Assembly: GCF_018350175.1 (NCBI RefSeq)
Contig: NC_058368.1
Span: forward strand, 85,438,001 to 85,502,000
Origin: Felis catus
Lineage: Eukaryota
Length of the DNA stretch: 64,000 nucleotides
Reading direction: 5' to 3'
The notes under the pieces were generated by a model. It was given only the letters and a program-made list of their open reading frames with translations, was not told the DNA's origin and searched no databases. Both the position numbers and the translations under genes were made by a program. Below, in pieces: positions 1 through 11,995 of this stretch; within the stretch, counting starts at the first letter, position 1; each line of letters begins with the position of its first letter.

Positions 1-160
1 CTAAAACCAGACCCCTTTCACAACCAATATTTTGGAAAAAACGATAATAACCAATGGTACCCTAGGTATGTTAAATCGTGGGGTCGAGGATTTGCTCTTA
101 TATGCACAGATAACGGGGATATTTGGCTCCCAGCTCGATGATTAAAACCAACACAATATG
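1..160 (+). pseudogene. pol: Integrase C-terminal domain fragment of the betaretroviral pol
   Basis: Manual translation gives NDNNQWYPRYVKSWGRGFALICTDNGDIWLPAR*, matching the beta-retroviral W-x-x-WGRGFA...W(I/L)P-x-R motif. It has a frameshift near 40 and a premature stop near 139. Confidence 0.85.
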
Positions 161-816
161 AACAGATGGACGAAGAGAAAAAGAGGGACAATTTTCGACC
201 ACTGGAGAAAGATATGGAAGAATTAAGCCTTGAATGGGAGATTAAAAGAACAGAAAAAACAACGAAAGCCAAACCTCCGACATGGGGACAAAGAAGATGA
301 CTCTAGAAGCAGAACAGATCCTCCAAAAACCAGGAACACCTAAGACTTCTACTACTCTGTTCAGTACCATGATGTCAGTTCTTACTTTAACTGTGAGTAC
401 TAAAGAGAATCACACATATTGGGTTTATATTCCAAATCCACCTCTTAATAGATTAGTTACATGGGATGATCCCTCTTTCTCAGTTTATGTAAATGATTCC
501 GTCTGGTTGCCTGGACCTTATGATAATAGAAGCCCATTTAAACCAGAAGAAGAAGGAAAAATAATTCCTGAATATTCTGTAGGTGCAGATGGGCCACCTA
601 TATGCTTTGGAACAGGCGACCACTGTGTTAAATTTTGTTCACAGGCATGGATAGCAGAAATACCCAATGGGACTAATGTCTCTATATTGTACTTACTACA
701 GAGAGTCTCCATGAGAAGTCAAAGAATTACATATGATCACCCTCCTAAATTGCCTCGATGTCAATTAAGAAAGATCATAAATCCTGAGGAACGGGTTAAT
801 TGGGAGCTCTATAGAG

Positions 817-1156
817 TGAAAGGGCAGGCCTACGCAGGCCAACTCCATCTTGTTCTGTGTCCTTCACCTTGACCACACCTCCTCCCCTTGAGCAACCCCC
901 CCCCCACCTGCCTAACAGGACTCGGACCCTTCCCCAGCCAATTGGCTGAGGCCACAGCTATTACCTCACCAACTGCCCCTAGGCCCCAATAAAACCTTTC
1001 TCCTTTTGAAACTCGCTCTCTCTCCCAGGTATCTCACCGCTGCGTCGGTGCAGGTAGGGGACTGAGCTCGAGCTAGCTCGAATAAAGGCTCTTTTGCTTT
1101 TACGTCGGACTCGGCTCCCTGGCAGTATTTGGGGATCACGAATTCTGGGCATAACA
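817..1156 (+). mobile_element. Solo LTR (ERV1/gammaretrovirus-like) inserted in env SU
   Basis: Begins TGAAAGGG, ends ATAACA. Perfect 4-bp TSD AGAG at 813-816 and 1157-1160. CCAAT, an AATAAAA TATA-like box near 988 and a polyA AATAAA at 1081. The env frame continues across the junction (WELYR|GEVCRVLLNTSKGSVINWAS). Confidence 0.92.
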
Positions 1157-1889
1157 AGAGGAGAGGTTTGTAGAGTTCTTCTTAATACTTCCAAAGGAAG
1201 TGTCATTAATTGGGCCTCTGTATGCTCTGCTCAGACCAAATACTCCAAAAAAGAGCTCTGATGGTGACAATATCAAGAAAACATAATTTCAGATGTAACA
1301 TCTGAACCCATTATATGGCATGAAGGACGATGACTCCCCCCAGACCATGTTTAGCCAGTTCATTCAGAACTTTGGAAAATTGGTACTGGATTATTAGGCA
1401 TGGCCACTTGGAAAGGCCACTTAATGAGTATTTCAAATAAATTCTCTATCTCTTTTAGATTAAATGAGGCTCATGAAATTCAACAAGTGTCAGACTTTCT
1501 TTTCTGTTTATGTTAGGCATGCCTCATTGGGACCCTGATAACAATCATCTTACTTTCCATAATTGTTCCTTTTATACTTGTCTTAATTCTACTATTTCTT
1601 TTAACCAGGAAAAACAAAGCTTACATATCCTTAAGGCAAGAAATGGGGTTCGGATGCCTGTAATCATGGATCGGTCTTGGCAACACTCCCCTGAAATGTT
1701 TCTCATAGATGAAATATTGAAATATGTCTTACACCGCATCCGATGGTTTATAGCTTTACTGGTAACTGTTGTACTTGGAATTATAGCCATTACAGCTACA
1801 GCGGCAACAGCTGGTTTTACACGGCATCAGACTGTACAAACAACCCACTTTATACAAAACTGGCATCAAGATTCAGAAAGGCTGTGGAA

Positions 1890-2435
1890 TGTGGGACCCA
1901 AGGAATTTAACAAAAATCCTCTACCCCTGGACAAGCAGAGCAAGACTAACTCCATTTTGTGCTACACCCACCATCTCATGTATAACCCCCACCATGACCT
2001 ACTTATTTATTGCTTAAGACACTCCCCCACCCTAGTCAAGCCACTGAGCACACCCTTACTGGAAACCGGCTCATATGGGAATGTGGAACCCCTAACCGCC
2101 AAAGAATGCAAGCCCTGCTTTTGCCCGCCAAACTTGTGCGCCAATTCTGACCAGAGTGATAGGCTAGTTCAAACAGTTACTATAGGGTAAATTGTAATTC
2201 AATTGGCCACCTGCTTGTGGACTGACATGACTATGCAACTTTCTGTGTGTGTTACAATCTCATTGGCCACTGGCCCCTATAAAACTGCTACGCCTTTTAA
2301 CCTAGGGTCCAAGTCTCTGCTCTGCTGTGTCAGGTATACTTGGGCCTAAACTCGAGCTTGCAAATAAACCCTGGTGCGTTTGCATCGGTATCGGCTCCTT
2401 GGTGGTCTCTTGGATTCGAAATCGGGGGCATTACA
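1890..2435 (+). mobile_element. Second, different solo LTR (ERV1-like) inserted in env TM
   Basis: Begins TGTGGGACC, ends CATTACA. Flanking duplication GAA/GAA(C). TATAAAA near 2278 and AATAAA at 2363. Removing it restores ERLWN-SQQLIDS. Confidence 0.88.
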
Positions 2436-2636
2436 GAACAGCCAACAGCTGATTGATAGCCGAATAGAGAGCCAATTATCTGACTTGCCACAAGCTGTTC
2501 CTTTTCTAGGAGATCAATTGATTAGTTTACAACAACAGATAAAGCTTCAATGTGATTGAAACATAACCAGCTTTTGTATCACCCCCATGTATATAATCAG
2601 TCTAAGATGTCATGGGACCTGGTGCGTCGACACTTT

Positions 2637-2853
2637 TTTTCTAATTTTTTTAATGTTTATTTATTTTTGACAGAGAGAGCATGAGTGGGAGAGGGGCAGA
2701 GAGAGAGGGAGACACAGAATCAGAAGCAGGATCCAGGCTCCAGGCTTGGAGATGTCAGCACAGACCCCGATGAGGGGCTGGAACCCACCAACCGCGAGAT
2801 CATGACCCGAGACGAAGGCAGAAGCTTAACCCACTGAGCCACCCAGGCGCCCC
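2637..2853 (-). mobile_element. CanSINE (SINEC_Fc-like) inserted in env TM
   Basis: GGGGCGCCTGGGTGGCTCAG head on the minus strand, (CT)n and A-tail. TSD GCGTCGACACTTT / GCGTTGACACCTT. Confidence 0.95.
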
Positions 2854-3174
2854 GCGTTGACACCTTCTTAATCAAGGTAACACCTCTGCTGATATAGCTC
2901 AATTGCAAAAGGACATCTATGAAACATTCAAAAATAAGCTTGAGATTTCTTGTGCTCCTTTATCTGAGATAACTAATCAAATCTCGGAATTGAATCCAAT
3001 GAATTACATAAAACCCTTAAGCTTTTCTGCGATTGGTATTTTTATATTAATCTTTGTCTTATTACTTTGCATATACCTAGCCTGGAGAAGAGGACAGCAA
3101 TGAAGCCGAGAATATCCTTCACAAGCCTCTCTCTTTGCCCTCCAGCTTTAACAAATGAAAGAAAAAGGGGGAAA

Positions 3175-3585
3175 TGTGGGAGATCCTGAGAGAAACATCA
3201 AAGGAAAAGACTTCAAAAGGGAAGGTCTGGAGAAGGTGCAAGGCCTTAGGACATGTTTACACAGCTGAACATGGCTGTGGCTGCAGCTTGTAAGGAATGT
3301 CTAGAGCCATTAACATTGTCCAGGGCCGGATCATCCTTCACACCTGACCCTTTTTCATGTTATAGAAACCAATTAACTCAAAATTCAACCTTGAAAAGCT
3401 AAACCATTAGATTGATTAACACACTTGCTTAGCTGACTTTATGCACGTAGTCTTTAGCAATTATCCTAATAAAAACAGGCTTCATTCTAGAGTCGGGGCC
3501 TCATTCCGACTTGAGTATGAGAATCTTCACTTACCTGCACTTTGTGGACACATTTTTTGCGACTCTGGCCATACTCCCTACAACA
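3175..3585 (+). mobile_element. 3' LTR of the betaretrovirus-like provirus
   Basis: Starts TGTGGGAGA directly after the PPT and probably ends CTACAACA. AATAAAAA near 3468. Confidence 0.8.
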
Positions 3586-3599
3586 CTTTATAAGTGAAG

Positions 3600-4560
3600 C
3601 TTGATAGAAAAAAAAAAGAGGAGAAAAATTAAAAGTGTAAAATATTAATAAAATAAATAAAATAAAATAAAATAAAATAAAATAAAATACGTTGTTTTCT
3701 GCATCCAAGAATAAGTAATAAAAGAGAACAAAGAAGCAAATAAATGAGACCGCATCCAGTTTCTCCAGGAGCTGATATTTTGCAGCACTCTATGATCAGC
3801 AGACTAAGCCTGTGGAAGGTATTTGCACTGGTGTTCAGGGGGAGGGGCCTGCTGCTTTGATTTTCAGGAGTACTTGTTCTTAGCAAAGAAGAGGTTAGAA
3901 GGCACAGGGGTTGGGGCTTGTTGTAATGGCTCTGCTTTTCACACGGTGGCTCCCTTTAGGTCACTGAGGTCTATCTGTGTTTGTAGGCTAGGGGTGAAAA
4001 CAGCTTCACCATGGTCTCTAGTGTCCAGAGCAGGAAGTTTGGTTTCTCACAGACACACAATCAATAACCCTCCCATATCTCTGGCTTCTATAAACTCCCC
4101 ACCTTCCCACTGACTGTGTCTAAGCTGTCTTCCTGACAGGTGTCACCTCCCTCCAGAGTTTTATCTCAGGCACGGCTGCATTTCAAAACCCCACACTTCA
4201 GAGAGCCCCATCGTTTGACTTGGACTGCCCTGATCCTCTACAGGAGGTTCTCATTGAGCTGTGGTTATACCAGCTTGTCCCAGTATTTGTGCAACTGTGC
4301 AGTGACAGCGGCTCAGAGTCTATGGAAAATTGCAACACACAGTAGGTGCCAGGGTTTGCTGGCCTCAGCTGCTTTGTTCCTATATACAGATACTGGTGAA
4401 TAGGGCAGCACTATGTCACCCACTAAGTCTTTTGCCCATGGAGAGGCCTTATCTCCTGTATCAGATGCACCCCAAGCAGGGGAACCCCCCTCCCCCGACA
4501 ACCCAGGAGCTCCTCAGACCACACTGCCAGCACCTGTGACTGCACTCTGCTTCCTCACTG
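3600..4560 (-). mobile_element. Probable carnivore L1 5'UTR remnant
   Basis: An A-rich (AAAAT)n segment followed by GC-richer sequence resembling the antisense L1 5'UTRs elsewhere in the window. No coding motifs. Confidence 0.5.
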
Positions 4561-4569
4561 GAGCAAATA

Positions 4570-5400
4570 ATTCTAAACATTACACAATGCTCATGTTGAT
4601 ATTCACCCATTCCACTACCCATCTCCCCTCCAGAAAACTTCAATTTATTCTCTATATTTAAGAGATTGGTTTCATTTATTTGTTTGTCTCTTGTTTTTTT
4701 TATTTGCCTTGTTTCTTAAATTTCACATATGAGTAAAATCACATGGTATTTGCCTTTCTCTGACTGACTTATTTTGCTTACCAATACTCTAGCTCCATCC
4801 ACATGTTGCAAGTGGCAACTTCTTGAGGAAACTCCATACTGTTTTCCAAAGTGGCTGTACCAACTTACCTTACCACCAACAGTACAGGAGAGTTTCTTTT
4901 TCTATATATCCTCTCCAACACTTGTTTTTTGTCTATTTTTGATTTAAGCCATTTTGACAAGTGTGAGGTAACATCTCATTGTAGTTTCAACCTGCAATTC
5001 CCTGAAGATGAGTAATTTGGAGCATGAGCATCTTTCATGTGTTCAGTGGCCATCCTTATGTCTTCTTTTGAGAGATATACCATTTTGTAATTGAATTACT
5101 TGTTTGGGGGTGCTGAGTTGTGTGAGTTCCTTATATATTTTGGATACTAACCCTTTATTGGATATGTCATATTTTCTCATTTAGTAGGTTTGGTTGGTTA
5201 TTTCCTTTGCTATGCAGAAACTTTTCATTTCAATGAAGTTCAAATAGTTCATTTTTGCTTTTATTTTCTGTGCCTTAGAAGACATATCTAGAAAAAAATG
5301 TTGAATGGCTAATTTCAGGTAAATTACTGCATGTGCTCTTTTAGTTTTTTTTTTATGGTTTCAGGTGTCACATTTAGGTCCTTAGTCCATTTTGAGTGTA

Positions 5401-5437
<37 letters not shown>

Positions 5438-8400
5438 AAGTTGTCCACTTCCATTCTTTTGCATGTGACTGACCAGTTGTCCCAACACCATATGAAGAGA
5501 CTGTCTTTTTCCAATTGCATATCCATTCATCATTTGTCAAAGATTAATTGACCAGGGGCGCCTGGGTGGCGCAGTCGGTTAAGCGTCCGACTTCAGCCAG
5601 GTCACGATCTCGCGGTCCGTGAGTTCGAGCCCCGCGTCAGGCTCTGGGCTGATGGCTCAGAGCCTGGAGCCTGTTTCCGATTCTGTGTCTCCCTCTCTCT
5701 CTGCCCCTCCCCCGTTCATGCTCTGTCTCTCTCTGTCCCAAAAATAAATAAACGTTGAAAAAAAAATTAAAAAAAAAAGGATTAATTGACCATATAATCA
5801 TGGGTTTGTTTCTGTGCTTTCTACACTCTTCCTTTCATCTATGTGTCTATTTTCATGCTAGTATCATATTCTTGATTTTTGCAGCTTTGTAGTATAACTT
5901 GAAATTTGGAATTGTGATACCTTCATCTTTTTTCTTGCTTATTCAAGATGGTTTTTGCTCTTCAAGGTTTTTTGTCATTCTATAAAATTTTTTTATTTGT
6001 TTGCTCTACATGTGAGAAAAAAAATCTGTTAGTATTTTGAGAGGGTTTGCACTAAATCTGTGGATTGGTTTGGGTATTTTACCCTATTTTAACTTCCAAT
6101 CCATGAGCATGGGCTATCTATTTCTTTGTGTCATATATTTCTTTCATTATAGTTTTATAGTTTTCAGATCATAGGTCTTTCTTCTCCTTGGTTAAGTTAG
6201 TTCTAGATATTTAACTATATTTGGTGCATTTGTAAGTGAGATAACTTTCTCAATTTCTCTTTATTTTACTTAATTATTAGTTAATACAAATGCAGTGTAT
6301 TTTTGCACATTGATTTTGTATTGAATTTACTCAATTCATTTATCAGTTTTAGTATTTTTTTGGTGGAGTATTTTGGGTTTTGTATTTAGTATCATGCCAT
6401 CTGCAAATAGTGAAAGTTTTACTTCTTTCTTACCAATCTGAATGCCTTCTATTACTTTTTCTTGTCTGATATCTGTGGCTTGGACTTTCAATACTATGTT
6501 GAATAAAATTTTTGAGAATGGACATCCTTGTCTTGTTTCTGACCTTAAAGGGAAATTTTTCAGTTTTTCCCTATGGAATATGACATTAACTGTAGGTTTT
6601 TCACATATGGTCTTTATTATATTGAGGTATGTTACCTCTAAACCGATTTTGTTGAGGGCTTTATCATGAATGGATGTGGTACTTTGTCAATTGCATTTTC
6701 TGCATCTATTGAAATGATCATATGTTTATTCGTTTGTTTGCTTGCTTGCTTTTAAATTTAATTTCATTTTAGTTAACATACAATGTTATATGTTTCAAGT
6801 GTAAAAAAATAGAGATTCAACATATCCATATATTACTTAGTTCTCATCAAAATAGGTGTACTCTTAATTCCCTTCACCTATTTCACTTATCACCCCATCA
6901 ACCCCAACTCTGGCAACTATATGTTCATTCCCTGTAGCTAAGAGTCTAATTTTTGGTTTCTCTCTCTCTCTCTTGTTTCCTTTGCCTGTTTGTTTTGTTT
7001 CTTAAATTCCACAGATGAGTGAAATCATATGGTATTTTTTCTTTCCCTGACTTGCTTATCTCATTTAGAATTATGCTGTCTAGAACCATGCAGGTTGTTG
7101 CAAATGACAAGATTTCATTCTTTTTTATGGTGGATAATATTGAAATTATGGTATGTTGTTTTCATCCTTTCTCTTGTTGATGTGATATATAAATCACATT
7201 GATTGATATGCAAATATTGAACTACCCTCACATCTACAGAATAAATCCCATTTTATTGTGGTGAATGGTTATTTAATGCATTGTTGGATTTAGTTTGCTA
7301 ATATGATGTTGAGGATTTTTTTCACATATGATCATCATGGATATTGGCCTGTAGGTTCCTTTTTTTGTAGGGTGTTTATCTGGTTGGTATCAGGGAAATG
7401 CTAACCTCATTAAATCACTTTCGAAGTTTTCCTTCATTGTATATTTTTTTGGAGTTTGGAATAGTTTGAGAATAGGTATTAACTCCTCTTTAAATGTTTG
7501 GTAGAATCACCTGTGAAGCCATCAGGTTATGGACTTTTGTTTGATGGGAGTTTTTTGATTACTGATTCAAGTTCATTGTTGGTAATCTGTCTATCCAAAT
7601 TTTCTCTTTCTTCTTCAGTTTTGGTGGCTTATATGATTTTATGGATTTACCCATTTCTTCTAGTTTGTTCTATTTGTTGGCATATAGTTTTTCCTAGTAT
7701 TCTTTTATAATTTGTATTTTTGTGATGTTGGTTATTTCTCATCTCTTATTTCTGGTTTTGTTTATTTGAGTTCTCTCATTCTCACTTTTGTTTGTTTGTT
7801 TCTCAGTCTGGCTAAATGTTTATCCATTTTGTTGATTTTTTCAGAGAACCAGATCCTGGTTTCATTGATCTCTTCTATTGCCTTGTTGTTGTTTTGTTAT
7901 TGTTGTTACTTTGGGGGATTGTTTGTTTTTAGTTTCTGTGTCATTTATTTCTGCTCTAATCTTTATTATTTTCTTCTGTCTGCTGGCTTTAGTCTTTGTT
8001 TGCCGTTCTTTCTGAGGCTCCTTTGGGTATAAGGTTATGTTGTTTATCTGAGATTTTTCTTGCTTCTTTGTCTCTTGTTACCATCTTTATTTTAAAGTTT
8101 ATTTTTCAGATAAGTGTTGCTACCTCAGCTTTCTTTTCACATTCATTTGTATGATAAATGTTTCTCCATTTTTTCACATTCAATCTGCATGTGTCTTTGG
8201 GTTTGAAATGAGTGTCTTTTAGGCAGCATATAGATATGTCTTGATTTTTTATCCATTCCATCATTCTTCATTTGATTGGAGTGTTTAGTCCATTTACATT
8301 CAAAGTAATTATTTCTAGGTGTGTATTTATTGCTATTTTTTTATTGTTTTCTGGTTGTTTTTGTAGTTCTTTCATCTTTTATTGCTCTCCTCTCTCACAG

Positions 8401-11275
8401 TTTGCTGATTTTCTTTAGTGATATACTTAGATTCTTTTCTACTTTTTTGGCATATCTAATACTGTTTTTTTTATTTGTTGTTATTACTAAGTTTATACAT
8501 AACGTGCATTAGAAGTCTATATTAAGTTGATGGTCACTTAAGTATGAGCCCATTCTTTATTCCTCTCCCTCCTACATTTTATGTATATGATATCATAATT
8601 TATACCTTTTTATATTGTGAATTCTTTGACTGATTTTTATAAATATAATTGATTTTACTCCTTTTTTGCTTTAATTTCTATATTGATTTTACTAGTGCTT
8701 AGTCTACTCTTCTTTATTATGTTTGCATATACCTGTAATTTTTGTTGTTGTTGTTGTTGTCTTATAATATTTTACTCCTGACTATAACTTGTCCTTTCCA
8801 CTCAAATAATTCTCTTTAACGTTAATTCTTGTAAGTCTGGGTTCATGGTGATGAGTTTTTTTAACTTCTCTTTATTGAGGAAACTCTTATCTCTCCTTCT
8901 ATTCTGAATTATAGCCTTGCTAACAGTGTATTCTTGGTTGCAAGTTTTTTTTTTTTTCCATTTCCACCCTTTGAATATATCATTCCATTCCCCTCTGTCC
9001 CACAAATTTTCTGATAAGAAAATCAGTTGATAGATTTATGGTGTTTTCCTTGTATATGACTGCATTCTTTTTTTTTTTTCATGCTTTTCAACAATTTCCA
9101 TTACTACTTTTTTTTCCATTTTAATTATTATGTATCTTGTTGTGGTTGATTTTTTGGGGAGTCACTGTGCCTTCTGTATCTGGATGTCTATTTTCTTCCT
9201 CAGATTAGGGACATTTTTAACTATTATTTATTCAAATACATATTCTCCTCCTGTTTCCCTGTCTTCTCCTTCAGGGATCCCTATAATAGAATGTTATTAT
9301 ACTTGATAATGCTGCTAAGTTCCCTTTACCTATTCTCTATTAGTAGTAGTAATAGTAGTAGTAGTAATTTTGTTGTTCAGCTTGGTTGTTTTTGATTATG
9401 TTGTCTTACATCTCACTGAACTGTTCTTTCACTTCATCTAGTCTACTATTTATTCCCTCTACTGTAGTTGTAATTTCAGTTATGGAATGAAAACATCTCT
9501 GCTTTCTGCATCAGTTAAGAAGCATTTCTGTTTGCTTCTTATTTGTATTCTTTATCTTTTTGTTGAACAGCTCACTGAGATCCTTCATTCTTTCCTCAAT
9601 CCAATAAGTATCTTTATGACCATGACTTAGAATTCTCTATCATATATATTGTTTATCTTTGTTTTATTTAGCTGTTGGATATGATTTTTTTCTGTTCTTT
9701 TATACTATTGTCTGTCTCTTCATTTTGTCTAACTCTGTGTTTGTTTCTATGTATTAAGACAGTCAGCTGTGTCTCTTGATGTTGAAAGTAGTGGCCTTAT
9801 GAAGAAAAGGTCCTAAATGCCCTCCCATGTTCACCAGAGGCAAGTGCTCGAAGGGTGTCTCCCATGTGCTGTGTGTGCCCTACTGTTGTGCCATGTTTTT
9901 CTTCAGTCTAGTCATCTTCAATGGCCTTCTTTCCCAGGTGTGGGCAGGTTTTGGTCCCTGTGCTCTTAAGGTGTGAGTCTTGGGCTACCTTGGACTTGTA
10001 TTTCCTCAGACCCAGATGTCTGCCTTCAGTCAGTTTTCCAGAAGTGTGGTAATACTCATCTGCAGTCTCTATTCCCTGAATTGTCCCCTGAAAGACTTTC
10101 ACTGGTGGACAGAGCTGGCAATGAGAAAAATTGTCTGTCCCCCTATCTGTTAAGGTTGTAGTGACCCTGAACTATAGGGCTCTCTATTTTTACTGCCCCC
10201 ATGAAGTTTTAGTTGTGGATGGGGCTGGGAGTTAAATCAAATGTCTTCCCTACTCCACTGCTGGGGAAACAGTTGAACAACTGTGTGTGGTTATCTTCCT
10301 TTTCAACCAGGGCAGGAGTCACTTTGTAGCTCTGCTGGTCACTGTTAGGGCTGTTTGTAGAATGAGAGGAATCACGTTCTGCCTTGAATAGACTCCTGCT
10401 GAGTGGAGTGGGTTGAACAGGGGCAAATCCATAGGAAAGCATGGAAACTGGGTATATGGTGTTAACAAGGTATGCATAAGTCCCTGCCAGCCTTGCTTGA
10501 AGAATGAAGTCTGGCTGGAGTAGCACTGGAAAGACTCCTACTGAGTGGGGCAGGTAAGATGGGGCAAATCCACAGGAGATCACAGGAGCAGGGTGCAGAC
10601 TATTAGCAAGCTATATTGAGAGTGCTGGTTCACACAGTTGTTAAGGTATCTATACTGAGGGTAGGGAAGAGAAATGGTGGTTGACAGCTCTTTTGTTCCT
10701 GGAGAAGTCTCCCAAAGATTCTTTCCCTTCCAGTGCACATTCTTAGATTAGTTAATAAATCTCCTTTGCACATAGTCCAGGTGCTTTTCAAACTGCTCTT
10801 TCCATGCTGTATCTTGGAAACTATTTGCTATGCTTTTTCTTTAAGGGTGGGGACTCATTTTCTTACTGCCTTCAGCCCCCTTACCCCCAAGCCTCCCGAT
10901 TTTTAAAGTTCCTGGTGGTAAGTCCTGATAATTGTAAAAAACTACAGTTAAGCTTCTCTGGTTTTCAAAGCCCAAATTTATGGGGACTTCTCTTCCCAGT
11001 GCAGGTTCCCTATATCTGGGGGTTCCTGGTGTGGAGTCTCCATGCTTTAGGAGTCTCTCCTGTTTGTGGTTAGTCTTTCAGATTTATTTGATTCCCACCC
11101 AACTGGGACTCCTCCCTTCCTACCACTTTCCATGTGGCCTCCTCTCCAGGATTAGTTGTGAGGCGTCTGTTCTGCTAGTATTTTGTTTGTTTTAGGTTCA
11201 TTGCCCCAATATGGCAATTATGTAGGTGTATGTGAGGGACAAGTTGAGATTATGATCCTCTCTGCAATCTTCCCA
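4570..11275 (-). mobile_element. Old near full-length L1 with an internal ORF2 deletion (3'UTR, ORF2, ORF1, 5'UTR)
   Basis: L1 3'UTR at about 4570-4800, antisense ORF2 motifs, an ORF1 segment at about 8800-9750, and a 5' terminus motif GATCCTCTCTGCAATCTTCC near 11260. A nested L1 3' fragment lies at about 6750-7150. Confidence 0.85.
5555..5779 (+). mobile_element. Young felid SINE (SINEC_Fc)
   Basis: CpG-rich intact body. TSD GATTAATTGACCA at 5542-5554 and 5780-5792. Confidence 0.97.
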
Positions 11276-11711
11276 GGCTGACATTTTGAGATACTTTTGG
11301 GAAGATCAAAATCTTAGAAGAAAGTTCAAAAATAAAACAAATATTTCCAAAGCTAAATATATTTGAATATATTAACTAAAAATGAAAGGGAAGACACCAA
11401 TGGATAAATTCAGTTATTATTTCATTAAAGAGAAAAGAAATCAAAGATTTTTAAGCGTTAGAAAAAAATGGGGCTTCTGTGGTTATGCTAATTAAGGTTT
11501 TGGAAACTAGTATTCTGGATAAGATGAAATGTGTCAAGTCTTATTAATACAACTCAGCTAGAATGTTAAGTTCAGTGAAGAATGACTTACCAGATTACTG
11601 GAAGCCCATGGTCTTTTATTTGTTTGATCTGGTTATACCAGCTTATTACATGCAAGTTTGATATGTATTAGGCAACTACTATTATAAATAGAAAAGTTTT
11701 TATTCCTAAGA

Positions 11712-11995
11712 CATATAGATATAGATGATATAGATATAGATATAGATATAGATAGATAGATATCTGACAGATATATATATCTATATAGATAGACATAGGT
11801 ATAGATATCTGTCAGAAATCTATCTATATATCTCTATCTAGAGATAGATATATATCTAGATATATATCTATATATAGATAGATATATCTAGATAGAGATA
11901 GATATAACTAGATATATCTAGATATATATCTATATATAGATAGATATATCTAGATATAGATATAGATATAGATAGATACATAGATACACAGATAT
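11712..11995. repeat. Complex (ATAG/ATCT/AT)n microsatellite with internal inverted repeats
   Basis: Visible directly. It switches from GATA to TATC orientation around CTGACAG...CTGTCAG. Confidence 0.95.

Larger units (their letters stand above)
158..3150 (+). pseudogene. env: Betaretroviral env pseudogene (signal peptide, SU, TM), interrupted by two solo LTRs and one SINE
   Basis: Motifs in order: KPPTWGQ/KKMT; NHTYWVYIPNPPL..VTW..VYVNDSVWLPGPYDNRSPFKPEEEG..PPICFG (HERV-K-like SU); HRIRW/FIALLVTVVLGIIAITATAATAG (cleavage site and fusion peptide); LWNSQQ; QCD*NITSFC (CX7C); membrane anchor AIGIFILIFVLLLCIYLAW. Several stops and frameshifts. Confidence 0.92.
1..3585 (+). mobile_element. 3' part of a betaretrovirus-like (class II, HERV-K/MMTV-like) endogenous provirus: end of pol, env, PPT, 3' LTR; defective
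   Basis: Integrase C-terminal motif, then beta-type env SU/TM motifs, then polypurine tract AAAGAAAAAGGGGGAAA followed by a TG...CA LTR. The element runs off the left edge of the window. Confidence 0.93.

Noticed and set aside
282..872. 196-aa ORF as a functional truncated or secreted Env
   Set aside because: Its start codon results from a frameshift in the signal peptide and its C-terminus reads into the inserted LTR. The rest of env is decayed, and nothing indicates selection.
1510..2190. 226-aa ORF as a novel gene
   Set aside because: It is a chimera of env SU/TM and read-through into the second solo LTR.
3700..4660. Possible TRIM58 last exon or other host exons
   Set aside because: No SPRY/B30.2 motifs appear in the listed ORFs. 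The sequence resembles an antisense L1 5'UTR.
5555..5640. tRNA genes at SINE heads
   Set aside because: The A/B-box-like heads are part of tRNA-derived CanSINEs with (CT)n, A-tails and TSDs.
7498..8512. Hydrophobic ORFs resembling membrane proteins (also 42497-43208, 45753-46469)
   Set aside because: They are T-rich antisense translations of L1.
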